NCBI GenBank assembly: GCA_951406725.2
Contig: OX597825.1
Span: forward strand, 8,618,001-8,682,000
DNA: 64,000 nucleotides
DNA from: Octopus vulgaris
Taxonomy: Eukaryota
Direction of reading: 5' to 3'
Part shown: positions 1 to 13,790 of the stretch, piece by piece
Position numbering within the stretch: position 1 is the first letter of the stretch
Layout: every line of letters starts with the position of its first letter
Notes under the pieces: generated by a model
Seen by the model: only the letters and a program-made list of their open reading frames with translations
Databases searched by the model: none
Told to the model about the DNA's origin: nothing
Position numbers and translations under genes: made by a program

Positions 1-359
1 AGTTTTTCAGCGATTTCTGGAATTTCTTGGTGTGTAAACATGTCCCTATATGCATTGAAATATACATTTTTAATCAATGCGCCATACATAAGTATATGCA
101 TACATATATATACACACACGCATGCACACAGACACATACACACAGCCAAGTACAAATATATGTATGCGTATGTGTATTTTTGTTTATTTATATGTATGTG
201 TATGTATTTTACATGTATACACATATATGTGCATGGATTCATGTATATTTGTTCACTTATGTATGTCCATGTGTGTGTAGTCTTTTTTATTAAATATACA
301 TACTTTAATACAATTTCACAGCATAACAAGCTATTCATCGTTTTTATACTTATATAGAC

Positions 360-1060
360 TTGGAGCAGTAAGAATTTCGGATTACATTTAACAACGAATT
401 TTTCCCAAAACAAATAATTTTTTGACATCGGTAAATTTCTTCGTAACCAACGCTTTTCGACATGTATGTTTATTTTACGATATCCCACAACATCCTCTCT
501 CCTGCATCCTCCCTTCACAATCTGATTTCACTTTACAACTGTTTTGAAATGCCATTTCTAACTAATTTTCATTGTTTTTGTTCTTCGATAAAAGCTAAAA
601 TTAATTTATAAGCACACCTCCTGTGCCCCATTGATTTAAAAACATTCAGTAAATGATACAGTTTGCAGTCCATACATGCTAGCATGAAATCTAACTTTCT
701 CCCCCTTCCTTTCATTTTTCATTCATTTTCGTGTTTTCTTCTTTCGCCTCCTATTTTTTGGTTCTTTTTCCCTTATTTCTTCTTTCATTGCCATTCGATC
801 TTTTCCAACGGCTTTTCTTCCACTAAATGTTATTGCTACATTGTTTCCCTTTCATTCATTATACTACACAATCAAGGCCTAAGAATTTCAAATTGTTGAG
901 CTTTCATTTTTATATTTTGCCAACGCTGTGTCTTATGGCGACGAAACCTGTTTTTGAAAATCCTTGATAACGCAGGAGCACATTAACATATCAACACCTC
1001 ATACAATAAGAATCAATATCAATTTTTTTACCCTTTATTCCCAAAAGAAAGCTGTTGTAC
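360..1060 (-). mobile_element. Possible highly decayed Penelope-like element N-terminal ORF remnant
   Basis: Only short minus-strand peptide fragments (FYRRTK..KWHFK; KLNNLKFL) resembling PLE N-terminal regions; heavily disrupted. Confidence 0.25.
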
Positions 1061-1630
1061 GAGTGCAAAGACACGATAACCAAGTTCCACTCAATTAATT
1101 GGTTCAAATGACTGAAAGTTGAAAATTTAACGAAACACTTAGGAAACATGGACATCAGCTAGGTTTGAAATATCGTTAAGTTGTAGTAAAATTCAGGACG
1201 TGCTACACATCTGCTTTTCATTTAAAGGATATCAGAACAGTGATGCATGAGCTAGAGGGATACGATAAGTTGCTAGATCACATATATAGCAGATAAATAT
1301 GGGACCGTAATGAACAAATCAACAACCAGTCGTAAAAAAATGTATTTGATACATGGGGAGGAGATGCTTAATTTACAAATAGGTTTAGGTGTAGGTTTGA
1401 ATAGCTTTAAGCAGGAGAAAATACCCGATATGATGAGACTCAAAATAACACAGAATTGCGATCGTAGGATTGACGCAGCATCTGACTCTGGAGAAGATGC
1501 AACTGTGGAGAATTGCAGATTATTAGTGAGATATCCCGTATATCACCCATTATAGGCGTTTCCCTCAGCGAAAACAGTATCTAAATACGTATCAAAACAA
1601 TTGTTTCTACATATATTCGTCATAAGATGC

Positions 1631-1768
1631 AAATATATATACATAAATATATATTAAATATATATACATTAATATATATTAAATATATATACATTAATAT
1701 ATATTAAATATATATACATATATGCCTTAATATATATCATATGTTAATATATGTTAATATATGTTAAC
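1631..1768. repeat. AT-rich minisatellite (25-bp period, about 3.5 copies) followed by (ATATGTTAAT)x3
   Basis: ACAT recurs at 1641, 1666, 1691 and 1716 with near-identical intervening sequence. Confidence 0.8.
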
Positions 1769-2115
1769 AAATATTTACATACATATATACGTATGAATGC
1801 GTGTATATATTTAGGTGAGTCTATATTAATATAACAATGTATTGACGTGTGTGCATGTATCATGTTTCACTTATGTTTTCATATCTCTATTCTATGAAAG
1901 TCAACACTACTAGATACTCTGTGTTCGTTTGCCTAATCACTAATAACGCCTCACTTCGGCAAACAGTAGACTAATAGTATAAATTCTTTGGACTTTACTG
2001 AAAATTCCTGGGAAGATATGCTTAAATATACTCCCAGATATCGTACCGAGTATGGTAATATGCCTAAAATCAAACACATGCCTAAAAATCGATGAAACAC
2101 ACAAACTTTTCACCA

Positions 2116-2885
2116 GTCCTGTCATCTGCCTGTTGGCTCTCCTCCTGCAACTCAACTTGATTTCGAGCCGGGTCGTCTGCTGCTGGAGAGGACCGATCAG
2201 GTAAAGGACCTGGGTATCTTGGTGGATTCCTCCTTTTCGCCTTCGGCCCAGTGCGTCCATGCTGCCAACAAAGCACGCGGAATTCTGTTCTTGATTCGAC
2301 GGTCATTCGGAATGCTCACAGCAGCCATATTCCTGCCACTCTATGTCACGCTGGTGAGACCCATATTGGAGTACGGGATTCAAGCCTCTTCTCCTTATCT
2401 CCTCAAAAACATACAGCATCTCGAAAGAGTCCAGAAGTTGGCTACCTGCATGGTTCATGGTCTCAAAAATTTGTCCTATGAAGAAAGACTGAGGACGCTC
2501 GACCTTTATTCTCTTGAAAAACGCCGCCGCCGTGGTGATCTCATTCTCGCCCACAACATCATAAGCGGAAAGTGTAACCTCTCGAAAGAGCTGTTCTTCA
2601 CTCCTGCTCCAGAGCGTCGGCTGCGGGGTCATTACGAAAAGCTCTACCTGCGACGATTTCATCTCAATCGAAGGAGAGGAGTTTTCTCCGTCTGGGTTGC
2701 GGATCCGTGGAACAAGCTGCCAGACGAGATGGTGAAGATGCCGACGACTGCTTTGTTCAAAGCCTCCCTTGACCTCAAGTGGCCTGAACTCTTTACATGA
2801 ACACCACCCTGTACTTAACTCCATGTCCCCCTACATGGCCTTGCTATTTGCTTTTGAGCCAAATTAACTAACTAACTAACTAACA
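2116..2885 (+). mobile_element. 5'-truncated CR1-clade LINE (RT C-terminal part, 3' UTR, (TAAC)n tail)
   Basis: Uninterrupted frame 2117-2800 (about 227 aa) with CR1 ORF2 motifs VKDLGILVD, LYVTLVRPILEY, LERVQKLAT, LSYEERLRTLDLYSLEKRRRRGDLI, WNKLP and FKASLD; short-repeat tail (TAAC)n at about 2865-2884; GC-rich relative to flanks. Confidence 0.93.
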
Positions 2886-3402
2886 TATTTCAATATATGC
2901 TCAATATATTTCCCAAAACTTTAGTCTTTATAACTCGTTCTCTCTGTTGTTTTCGTTTGTGATTTAAAGCTTTTGCTTTTCACAATACAAAACGGTCTCT
3001 CACCAAATCAAAAGTCAAAAAAGCTCTTGGCCTTTCCATTGGATAATGGAGTTGATTGGTCTGTATGTCATGTGTGTGGGAGATAAATGTTCTCATGCAG
3101 TGAGCGTACATATCGCTTTAGTACACAGTATGTCTATTCATGTTATTGTATATAATTATATTCAAATTAAAACTCCCTGGAACTTTTAGCAAGAGATCGT
3201 ATTTAAAGAAAGGGAATTACGTTATCTTGTTCTTGATAGGAGAAACCAGCAATCGTAATATATACTCAGATCTCGTGCTATGTAGAACAGTGCACACACA
3301 CACACACACACACATACACACACACACACACACACAAACTTTTCACCATATATTCAATATATTTATACATATATATATATATATAAGCATTTTCATTCAA
3401 AC

Positions 3403-3458
<56 letters not shown>

Positions 3459-3462
3459 CAAT

Positions 3463-3717
3463 AATGGTTTTATACTGTCAGTCTAACACTAACGTGACAG
3501 TAGGGGGTACACCATCGCTGTTTAGCCCTAGGATGCACGCTTCCCGATGGCTTTGACGCATTTTTCCTGTGTCCTTATATACAATTATATAAATGTATAT
3601 AAGGACACAGGAAAATGTGTCAAAGCCATCAGGAGGCGTCGATGCTTCCGAGGGCTAAACAGCGGTGGTGTACCCCCTACTGTCAGGTTCGTGATAGATT
3701 GACAGTATACAACCATT
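3463..3717. repeat. Imperfect palindrome / foldback (about 125-bp arms)
   Basis: AATGGTT..TGACAGTAGGGGGTACACC..GCTGTTTAGCCCT..TTTTCCTGTGTCCTTATATACA is mirrored by TGTATATAAGGACACAGGAAAA..AGGGCTAAACAGC..GGTGTACCCCCTACTGTCA..AACCATT; centre about 3588. Confidence 0.9.
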
Positions 3718-3733
3718 CTATCGCCCCACCACC

Positions 3734-3855
3734 GTACACACACACACGCAGAGACACACACACACACACACACACACTCTAACACATAAACGTGCTCATA
3801 TATACCCGTTTTATACATACATATATATGCTTCTGCATACATTTGCACAAAAATG

Positions 3856-3897
<42 letters not shown>

Positions 3898-4517
3898 TAG
3901 ATGGTGGAATGGATTTCCACCACGGCATTCGAAACTCAGAGTTTTATCTTGGCTACCGAATAATTGTCACATATTATATTTACAGATAAATTTCTCTACG
4001 AGAGATTTAGAAATTTAGTATTTCTGATATATACAAGAGTTTGAATGAAAATGCTTATTGTTGATGTAAAAGCTTTAGACTTTTGCGTTCGGTTTCCGTA
4101 AATGTTTCTCCCTAAATTTTGACGAGAACTTTACACACGCCTCGCTGCTGATACAAAGCATGATATTTCGCGCTTCAGATACAAGAATATCCAAATTTCT
4201 GTGATGAGAGCATGTTGCTGATTTAATTGGAATACTTCAATAAATGGAATGGATAAGCATTGCTTCTACTATGCCAATACTGGGCATAACATTCTTAGAT
4301 GTTTTAACGTAAATGTCATATTTCAGTGACAGTTTGTATCTTGCTGAACTTTCTCAGGAATTGCTCATCTTATGAGTGATATCTTGTACTGTAGTATTGC
4401 AAAATCAACATTTTCTATCACAAAACATACGTATTAAAGACTTTGAATTTCTTCCAATAATAATAATGTAATTGACTTGAGATGTTTGCCTTGCATTAAC
4501 GTTTGTTGTCCTCTTTA

Positions 4518-4549
<32 letters not shown>

Positions 4550-4706
4550 TGGTAAAAACAGTAAGATAACAAAAGAAAGAAAGAAACCCCTCGATATTAT
4601 GTAAATAGAGAAATTTATCTGTAAATATAATATGTGACAATTATTCGGTAGCCAAGATAAAACTCTGAGTTTCGAATGCCGTGGTGGAAATCCATTCCAC
4701 CATCTA

Positions 4707-4754
<48 letters not shown>

Positions 4755-4878
4755 CATTTTTGTGCAAATGTATGCAGAAGCATATATATGTATGTATAAA
4801 ACGGGTATATATGAGCACGTTTATGTGTTAGAGTGAGTGTGTCTGTGTGTGTCTCTGTGTGTGAGTGTGTGTGTGTAC
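3734..4878. repeat. Near-identical inverted duplication (arms 3734-3998 and 4606-4878), probably PLE pseudo-LTR derived
   Basis: Translations of 3792..3989(+) and 4615..4818(-) are identical except for (TA)n length. Each arm carries the 3' half of a hammerhead motif (CGGCATTC-GAAA-CTCAGAG-TT-TTATC). Confidence 0.9.
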
Positions 4879-5341
4879 TTGTGTGTATGTATGTGTATGT
4901 TTTGTGTCTGTATTTTTCTCCTTCTTTTCATCATACATCCACAGTATTTTTAAGAATGGAATCAATAAATTTTTCAATTGCTTTTTGCTGCAATCTGATG
5001 CAGCGTATGCAGCTTGTCAGTCACAAGATTTGGCAATAACGAAGTACAAGTTTTTAACTACAACGTCTCTATCAAAGAATGTCTCATGCGACGATGAGGA
5101 ATTTATTTTCATAGTCTCAGAGTCTTCGGATTAAGTGATACAAGAGGTGAACAGTTCCTTGCTCTCTCACCTACGACTTGCCTGACTTTTGTAAGTCTGC
5201 ATTGGAAATAATTGGCAGATATGGCCGTCAAGTGTCTCGTTTTATGGTGATTCTACTGCACATAGCGTTAGATGTCTACAATATGCATACATACGCATAC
5301 ACCACAAACATACACACACACACGCACTCATCCCCACATAC

Positions 5342-5374
<33 letters not shown>

Positions 5375-8090
5375 TATACATCATTCAATATAACATAATA
5401 AACAACATAATACAATATATCATATTATACTATGTTATATTATATTATATTATATTATATATTACATTCAAAAAAATTCCCTGTGGTAGAAATAAGAATA
5501 TACGAATATTCTTTATATGGCGTTGATGTACGCAAAAAGAAAACGACGGGAATTCTCGAGACGATCTGTTTCATGGTTTATTGAAATGAATGTATAGGCA
5601 TCGACGCTGAAATATTGAACCTTTTCTACATATTTAATAAAATAGGCCCATAATACGATGTTCCAGTCTTGTATTGAGACCACTTTAATAAAATATATTA
5701 CGCGAAATCATGTGGTATTGAGTCAATGTCGTAGATCGATACTCAATCTTTTAACATACATAATACACATTTGTGTACATGTTATTTACCAATAAATTTG
5801 CGTGAATATCACTGCATTAGAGTTTGAGAAATATTCATGATAGGACCCTACGTCCTAGTTTTTTTTTTTATGAAGATGACAGAAAGAATTATTTTCTCGC
5901 TTGCATGTTTACTAAATATTTGTTATATGCATCGAAAAGCATATTGAAAAGAAGGAACGAATATATTTAATTTTGTACCAGTTCATTAGAAGAATTCCCT
6001 AGAAATATGTTGAATATGCTTGTGACTTCATCACGTATCCAGGGAAAGTCACAAGTGCTGTAATTTATATTCAATTGACCTAACAGAGACTGGAAACCGC
6101 AGCAATGTTAACATAAGCCTAATATTTAGTCCGATTCAGTTTTGGTCGGCACTTTCATCGAGAAATATAACTTATGGCTAGAAATGTTAGATGGCATTTT
6201 CTTTCTATGGAACCAATCCTTAAATAAATCATTAAAGATTATTAAAATTTCTTTGTATTTAAAATTTCCTAATAGTTAAAATTTAATTATTGTTAAGCAA
6301 TTAAATATTACATCATTCCTCGAAAGCTGTTTAGTGAATATGAGGGCGTACTTTCATTAGTAGATTACTTTTAGGAAGAAATTTACTCTAAAAATATAAA
6401 TTTCAAAAGATGACAACTTAATTTCTTTTCATTTTTTTTCTTATGATAGTCGAATAAAATAATTAAGCACACAACGGCCATACTGTTGAAAATGTATAAC
6501 TTTCTACATTCATATGGGGAAGTAAAACACTGTAACAACGCATAAAACTCATTACGAAATGGAGACAATGTGTGGAAAGACGTAATAACTATGCTACCTG
6601 CCTTACTTCATCTGATTTTTTCGGTGGCACATTCAGGTCCAAGCGTATGTTCTCAGATATTTAAGTTGCATGACGTATTGACGAGAGCTAACGATGATTC
6701 AATCTGTGCATGTGCACACAACGCATCGCGGTGGAACTAAATATTTGTTGCAGTGGGAGCCTGAGATCAGAGAGACAATGTATGTGCATGTATATGTATG
6801 TGTGTGTTTGCACGCGCGAACGATAGTAAGAGAGAGGGAGCTGCGCTGCTATTTTAACAGTATGGTTGAGGACATAACGAAAGACATTTGCAGCAACGGC
6901 TTGAAGAAAGTGGAATGAATTTCAACTGTTGTGGCGGTAGGATGGAAATAGCATACATGAACAGCAGAGAGGGATAGGACAATATGCTTCCAAAAATGGC
7001 AGTAAATTACGAAGTTAGTGTATATATTACCTTGAACGTTTCTTCGGGGTCTATCTCTCTCTTCTACTCTAAGACAATTCAATTTCTTGATCATAACCCT
7101 TAACACAAGCGCGCAAAAGAATGACACACATGTCCTGTAAAATATCTCTATATGTGCGTAGGATGGTAGTAATTTGTTTAATTATCATTTGAGTCATTTA
7201 CACTTGTCTGATCAGGTATTCCATGAGGCAGTTTTCTTTCGGTAAAAACTAAACTAATATTTGTGTATTTTATCGAACCAAGGTATCTGAGTGAAAAATA
7301 TGTAGTCAACCCAAATCTCTGGAGTGTAACTAAAGATAAAATTATTAGTCTCACGACAAAATTTAGAGAATAATCGGAGCCACTTCCTTCGATTCCAAAT
7401 TGCTAGAATAAATTTTGGAACTTAACGGCCCGTAGTTAGATGCAACATATCATTTATAGAGCGGCAATATCGTTTTGGCTAGCGCTTTACCGAAGCGAAA
7501 CGGTGGTAGTTTATCACTGGAGCGGTCTGTAAAGATTAATAGACACCTAACACTAAAAATTGCTCTCAAACAAGATAAGTAATAGAAAGATCATCAGAGT
7601 ACCGTAGAAATACAAGCTGTTTCTACAGGACTTTATGAAATTAAGGAAATGTGAAGACTCGCCCACATCACATAATCTGATGTAAACCGTCAGTTCAACA
7701 AAACAATTTGCTCATTGAAAGTTCAAATCGGTGTGTTGGTCATTGACAGAGATGCGTCCATACTTCTTCTGTACCGTTCAAGTTTATTTCCTGTGGATAT
7801 AGTATTCCGCATCGATTATTTCCTGTGGATTTACATTTTTGCATCATTCGCAGGTGCCCAATTTAAAATAAAAATGTTGTTGGAAGTATCGTAAATAACG
7901 ATTCATCTCAAGCAAATATTGTGTCAAAATTTGTAAATCAACTTCAAATGAGTGTGTGTTTGCTTGTTTGTATGCGTGTGTGTACGTGTGTGCGTGTGTG
8001 TGTGAATGAGTGTGTGAGTGTGTGCGTGTGTATATGTATATGTATATTCATATGTTCATGTGTATATAAACATACATAAGTGTGTGTTTT

Positions 8091-8159
<69 letters not shown>

Positions 8160-8401
8160 CACATATACATATTTGTCTATCCAGGAACTTGACTTGCTCA
8201 AATTGCTAATTCCAGACTGTTAACCCGATAAATCGATTCTGTATTATGAAAGAAGCCGTTTTAACCAAACAACGTTGATACAATTACAGAAGACACACGA
8301 GAACTTTCAAAAACATCTCATAGTAATTGTCATAAAATAACTTTTTTATTGCTGCCGCAATTTTTCAATATAAAACGGTGTATTTGACTGTTTTTATACA
8401 T

Positions 8402-8618
8402 ATTGGTTTTAAATTTTAACAGAAAACCTGCAGTTTCGGAGTAGGTTGTGAGTCAATTGAACCGGCCCCACTGCTCAATCGGTAGTTATTTTATCGACCT
8501 TGAAACGATGAAAGTCAAAGATGACTTCGGCAGAATTTGAACTCACTGCATAAAGAAAGGCGAAATGCTGCTAAGGATTTTGCCGGCGTGCTAACGATTC
8601 TCCCAGCTCAGTGCCTTA
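8402..8618 (-). mobile_element. SINE family B copy (diverged)
   Basis: Reverse complement matches the 59840-60050 copy (GAGCTGGGAGAATCGTTAGCACGCCGG..GAGTTCAAATTCTGCCGAAGTC..GGTCGATAAAATAA). Confidence 0.8.
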
Positions 8619-8654
8619 ACATTCAACACGCCCCATTATCCTTCGATACAGATA

Positions 8655-8877
8655 CTGGTTTCAAATTTTGGTACAAGCTGAAGGCCAGCAATTCCTAGGA
8701 AAGGGATAAGTCGACTACATTGAATTCAGTTCTCATATGGTACTTATTTTATCGACCCAGAAAAGATGAAAGGTAAAATCGAACCCGATGGCATTTGAAC
8801 TCAGAAACTGATGTCGGAATACATGCCACTAATAATTTATTACTGCAAAGTAACGAATCAACCACCACGCCGCCCTG
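8655..8877 (-). mobile_element. SINE family B copy (diverged, tandem to previous)
   Basis: TACTTATTTTATCGACCC..AAAGATGAAAGGTAAAATCGA..ATTTGAACTCAGAA, the same family motif. Confidence 0.75.
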
Positions 8878-9414
8878 AGCGTGAATATAAATGTTAGTGA
8901 CACACATGGTAATTTCTCTTGAGATTTAAACTCGCGAATGTGGGTGGTTTAATGAGTTTGCCTAATCAAATATTTAGTCACTTCTTGGCGAAGTAGAGCA
9001 CTACGCAATGTAGTTTATGGTCACTAGTGTACGTGTATGTACATATATTATTCTTATGTTATGTAATAAATACCTCTTATTCTCTTTCCATATGCATTTC
9101 ATTTTCTCGGACAGATGTAATATCGAGAAGATATATGATATCTATGATTATATAATCTCTTGCCCTCCGTGTATATAACGCATGAAACTTTCCAGCATAT
9201 ATGGACGTATATGAATATACGCATATATATAATTATATATACATAAGCATTCACTCTCCTTCTCATAATATTTGGGATGCAGCTGTGCGTCGTTAATCAG
9301 TTAGAGGTGAATGTCTTCTTGGGGTTAAAAAATGGCAGCAACGTCCGTTCAAACGGACAGCCATGCTGAAGTGGCTACGAACATTACTTATATATACGTA
9401 TATGCATAAATACC

Positions 9415-9550
<136 letters not shown>

Positions 9551-9870
9551 ATAGTGAGAGAGTGGGGGGGATGTTTGAGAGCTGAGAGAAAATACCGCTT
9601 CACTAAACCAAGTACGTTGTAGTTAAGAAATACATATATTTGAAAATGTAAGGACAATATATGGAGATTTATCTAAATTTCAATTTAAGCATATATACAT
9701 ACCTAAATAACCGGTTTCGCATTTCTTGATTTTGAAAATGTACGTCATTTAAGAACGTTGAGTTGTATAAAACGCTGTATGTATTCTGCAGTTTTTGTTG
9801 GTATGTTGAATCTAATACAAGCGACACACACGAGGGTACCCGTGCAGGAACACGCACATTCGCGTTTGCA

Positions 9871-9909
<39 letters not shown>

Positions 9910-12741
9910 ACACACACACACAGATACACAGACATGCATGGACACACGCACACATACACTTCATTTTTGTTTTCTTTTTTAAGTATTCCTTTATTCATAT
10001 TTGCCTGTTTAAATCGATTTAGTGAAAATTTAGGAAGCAAATAAATATATTTTTCATATTTGAGAATTTTTAGTGATGTTTAACTAACATAACAGTTATG
10101 CCATTCAAATAGCTTAAAATCACAATTTCTTTTTCAACCGTTTTTGACCATATTGTGGAAAGAAAATGTTTTATTCACTTAAACAGTATAAATAACATGA
10201 AAAATATCAACGAACCTTGGATAAGTAAAAACAATAGCTAGTCACGCTGCTATTGGAGAAAACCAAGATGCTAAAACCGCCCTGAATTAGAAACAACATT
10301 TCAGCTTCCATAGATATTATTTTCACTGTCCTATGATATACCTTATAGACTTAATAACTTATAAGCACCCTCAACCAATAAAGCCGTATGTTAAATAACA
10401 TAGATATGATATTGTCTTTATAATATGAAACGATTTTTACAGCCAGAGAATATGCATTTGTGACATAGATCAATTATCCTCATAATGCACACATTTAAAG
10501 ATCACCAAAAGTGAAACCAGTGAAGTGTAAATGTGTATAATTCAAAATGCAAATAAATCTTCATATATTCTTTGTGTATTTCAACTTTATATATATATAT
10601 ATATATATATATAGGTTGCCTGAAGAGTTGTCCATAAGCATGGTTTTAATATTTTAATACAAAAACATGTAAATTAATAAGAAATAATGCGGTGTCTTGC
10701 ACTTTTACCTTCTCTTTCAATATTTTGATGTTAGAAATCCTTCTTCAGGAAATATTCGGAGGATTTGAATTTTCTGCTAATTTCTCTATTCTATAGTTTC
10801 TATCAATACACGTCACACATATAAACGTATATATATGCTCTCTGTGTGTTGTTTGTGAGAAAGCGAGTGCGTGCGCGCGTGTGTCTGTGTATTCCTAAAC
10901 GCTTATGTATCTGCTGATAAGCTCAGACCCACAAGGTTCCACTAATTAGATCACTTGACATCCTTGCAGTATTGTTTCTTTCTTTGAAGTCTAAATGAAC
11001 TTCATTTTATTAAACTGTTATTGAAATGACGCATGTGGACTTGCTTTGTTGGTCTCTTCTGCTTATTTTATGGTGCCTGAGTTAAAAACTGTCTATCTTT
11101 ATTCATTCATTATTTATTAACTGGCAAATTGAGAAATCGGTATGCATCGAATGAAAAAGAAATTAATAAAGCCAACTCGTACATTTAGTCGCAAACTAGA
11201 ACATGAACAAATGATATTCATGTTCAAGTGACAGTAAAAAAACTGAAGAGACAATCCTTTATTGTGATGAGATTAAGCTAGGATTCAAGCATGAGTTGAC
11301 CACACAAAAAGCAATTATCATGAATGAATATGCTACTGTATTCTAAGAGTAACAAAGGAAAAAATTAACAGTAAAATCAACGAGATCAAAAACTAAAATG
11401 TAAACAGCATTAAATTATTCCGTTTTTCTTATTGAACTGCTAGAATCAATAAACTAAAAGTTAGGGGGAAAAAATAAATGAAGTAAAACATAGTCATAAC
11501 TAACGTTCATACATTAATTATATTTGATCTGCAGCGTATCGAAAATATTGATTACTTTATTTCTGTTTTCATTAGACTTAAACACATTTTGTATCGTTTG
11601 TATAGACATTCGATTGAGTGGAAGGCACTATATTACCATACGCTGTTATTTTGTGAACTACTGAAGAATGAGAGTTAATGCTGAAATTTTTTTATCTGAA
11701 GTCGAAGCTTATGGACTCTGAAGGAGGCTACGAACAATAATTTAAAATGTTTTCTTTCATAGTACGAGCATATCATACAAAACAAATTACATCCTAAAGT
11801 AATATTTAAAAAAAAATTTCTTTGTAAACGGGAGTAAATGAAAATTAATATTTTTAATTATCCTTAATTGTTTATCTTGTGTAGTCGATATGAAATTCAT
11901 ATAAATCGTTCTTTAGCACACAAGTCTTATTCAAGTAAAGTTGTGAGAAAAAAATGCTACGTATTATATACACGTAAGAAAAATAGGGAAGATAGAACCA
12001 ATCATTGATTAGAAGTTATAGACTGCACTGGATATGATAGCAGGAAGCTGAGGAATTAGATAAATAGCTTATTATCTCAGTAATATTGTCTCACTTCCAA
12101 CCAGTAAGTCTCCGCCTAACATGAGTTAAACAAGTCCAGAAAATGCAAACCAATGCGTGTTATTGTAATTAGTCATTTAACCTATGAATGTTGCTTTTTG
12201 CAATATTAATCAGTTTATGCTGCATTAGAATGCAAATGTAATTAAAATATTTATAAAATATGTGGGGAGAAATGTAACATCATAAAGAATAATTCTGTTT
12301 TTGCATTTTCTCATCCTTTGATGCTTTCATTCCAGTGACTATGTATTCTTTTTATTACATGAATGATTCACTGTTATTCTATTCTATGCATATTGTGGCA
12401 CGCTGTTGTTTACCATAAGTCCACCACAGCAATACTGAGTTTGCTCAAAAACATTGAGTATTGCTTCTTTGTCATCATTCTATCAATGTTTGGTATTCGT
12501 CAAAAATGTTTCTGGTTACGTTAACAAATCATGCGATACATGGATCAAAGTACTTCAAACGATTTTGTCTTTTCTATTTTTAATTCTTTCTTAGTTCGTT
12601 ACACTTAGTTCCTCTTCATGATCCTAATCATTAAAAGACAACAACAAAAAGCTGTAAAAAATGCTGAAAATCCCCCCTTTCCCTGATAGATATATTTATC
12701 CCCCAGTACAAAACTGAAACGCTCGTGAATTTGGCTGAAAA

Positions 12742-12935
12742 TCACTCAACTGTAAAAATGAGTTGCCAAGCTCTATCGGCCTTTGCCTTTCCCTTGGATA
12801 ACACTGGTGGCGTGGAGAGGGGAGGTCGGTATGCATGGGCGACTGCTGGTCTTCCATAGACAACATTGCCCGGACTTGTGCCTGAGAGGGTAAGTTCCTT
12901 GGTGCAATGGTCAGTCATGACCGAAGGGGGTCTCC
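12742..12935 (+). mobile_element. GC-rich dispersed repeat fragment, probably the 3' part of a SINE or non-LTR element
   Basis: ATCGGCCTTTGCCTTTCCCTTGGATAAC..GCATGGGCGACTGCTGGTCTTCC..CATGACCGAAGGGGGTCTC recognised as a common cephalopod repeat; composition differs from flanks. No second copy in the window. Confidence 0.5.
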
Positions 12936-13334
12936 ACAAAGTGATAACTTCTATGTGGTAAAGCATCGCATAACAAATTATTACATTTTAAAAATACTTT
13001 CAAATTAACAATTGAATAATACAACACGGCGAGACTTACGAAGCAGCAAATGCTAACTTTTAGAATAAAAAGAAAAAAAAAAGAGGTGATTGCCTAAGGA
13101 AAAATACAATTGCTGAAATGTGTATAGATTTTCCACCGGAAGATGGTTTGTGTGCAGTGGAATTGATGTCAATTAGAAGAATAAATATGGATGAAATATA
13201 TATTTATTAAGTAAATAAATGAAAGTGAATATGTTTGCAACGAAAATTATTTGTCTTTGATTTTAATAAGTTAACCAAAATAGATTCACATTGCCTCATC
13301 GTCGGTAGTCAGCAGTTTCCGTTCCTGTACATGC

Positions 13335-13412
<78 letters not shown>

Positions 13413-13790
13413 TTATGTATAACCCTCAGTCCGTATGTCGGTTTACCTGCCTATCTATTTATCTATTGATCGATCGATCTATTTATATATGCGCACATGT
13501 GTGTCTGCAATTGTATTTGCACATGCACACATACATACACAAGTACGTATATATATATATATATATGGAGAGAGACATATAGATAGATAGATAGATAGAT
13601 ATAGATCTAGATATATACAGGTGTGTCTATGTAATTTATATGTGTGTGCGTGCATACGTGTATGTGGATATGGGTGCGACTAACACACGCGTGTGTGTGT
13701 TCTTTATATAGGATATTTGTAGTAACTAAACATATTTATTGATTTGTGAACTGGGTGGAATAATGTATGATTGTTGATAATTTTGCGTAA

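Noticed and set aside
2303-2824. 173-aa minus-strand ORF
   Set aside because: Antisense shadow of the CR1 RT frame.
4890-5280. Possible DNA-transposase remnant (minus strand ..KLVLRYCQIL..QKAIEKFIDSIL)
   Set aside because: No catalytic motif or TIR recognisable, so it cannot be classified.
7783-7848. About 31-bp tandem duplication (TTATTTCCTGTGGAT..GCATC x2)
   Set aside because: Only two units in eukaryotic DNA with no spacer architecture; not CRISPR-like.
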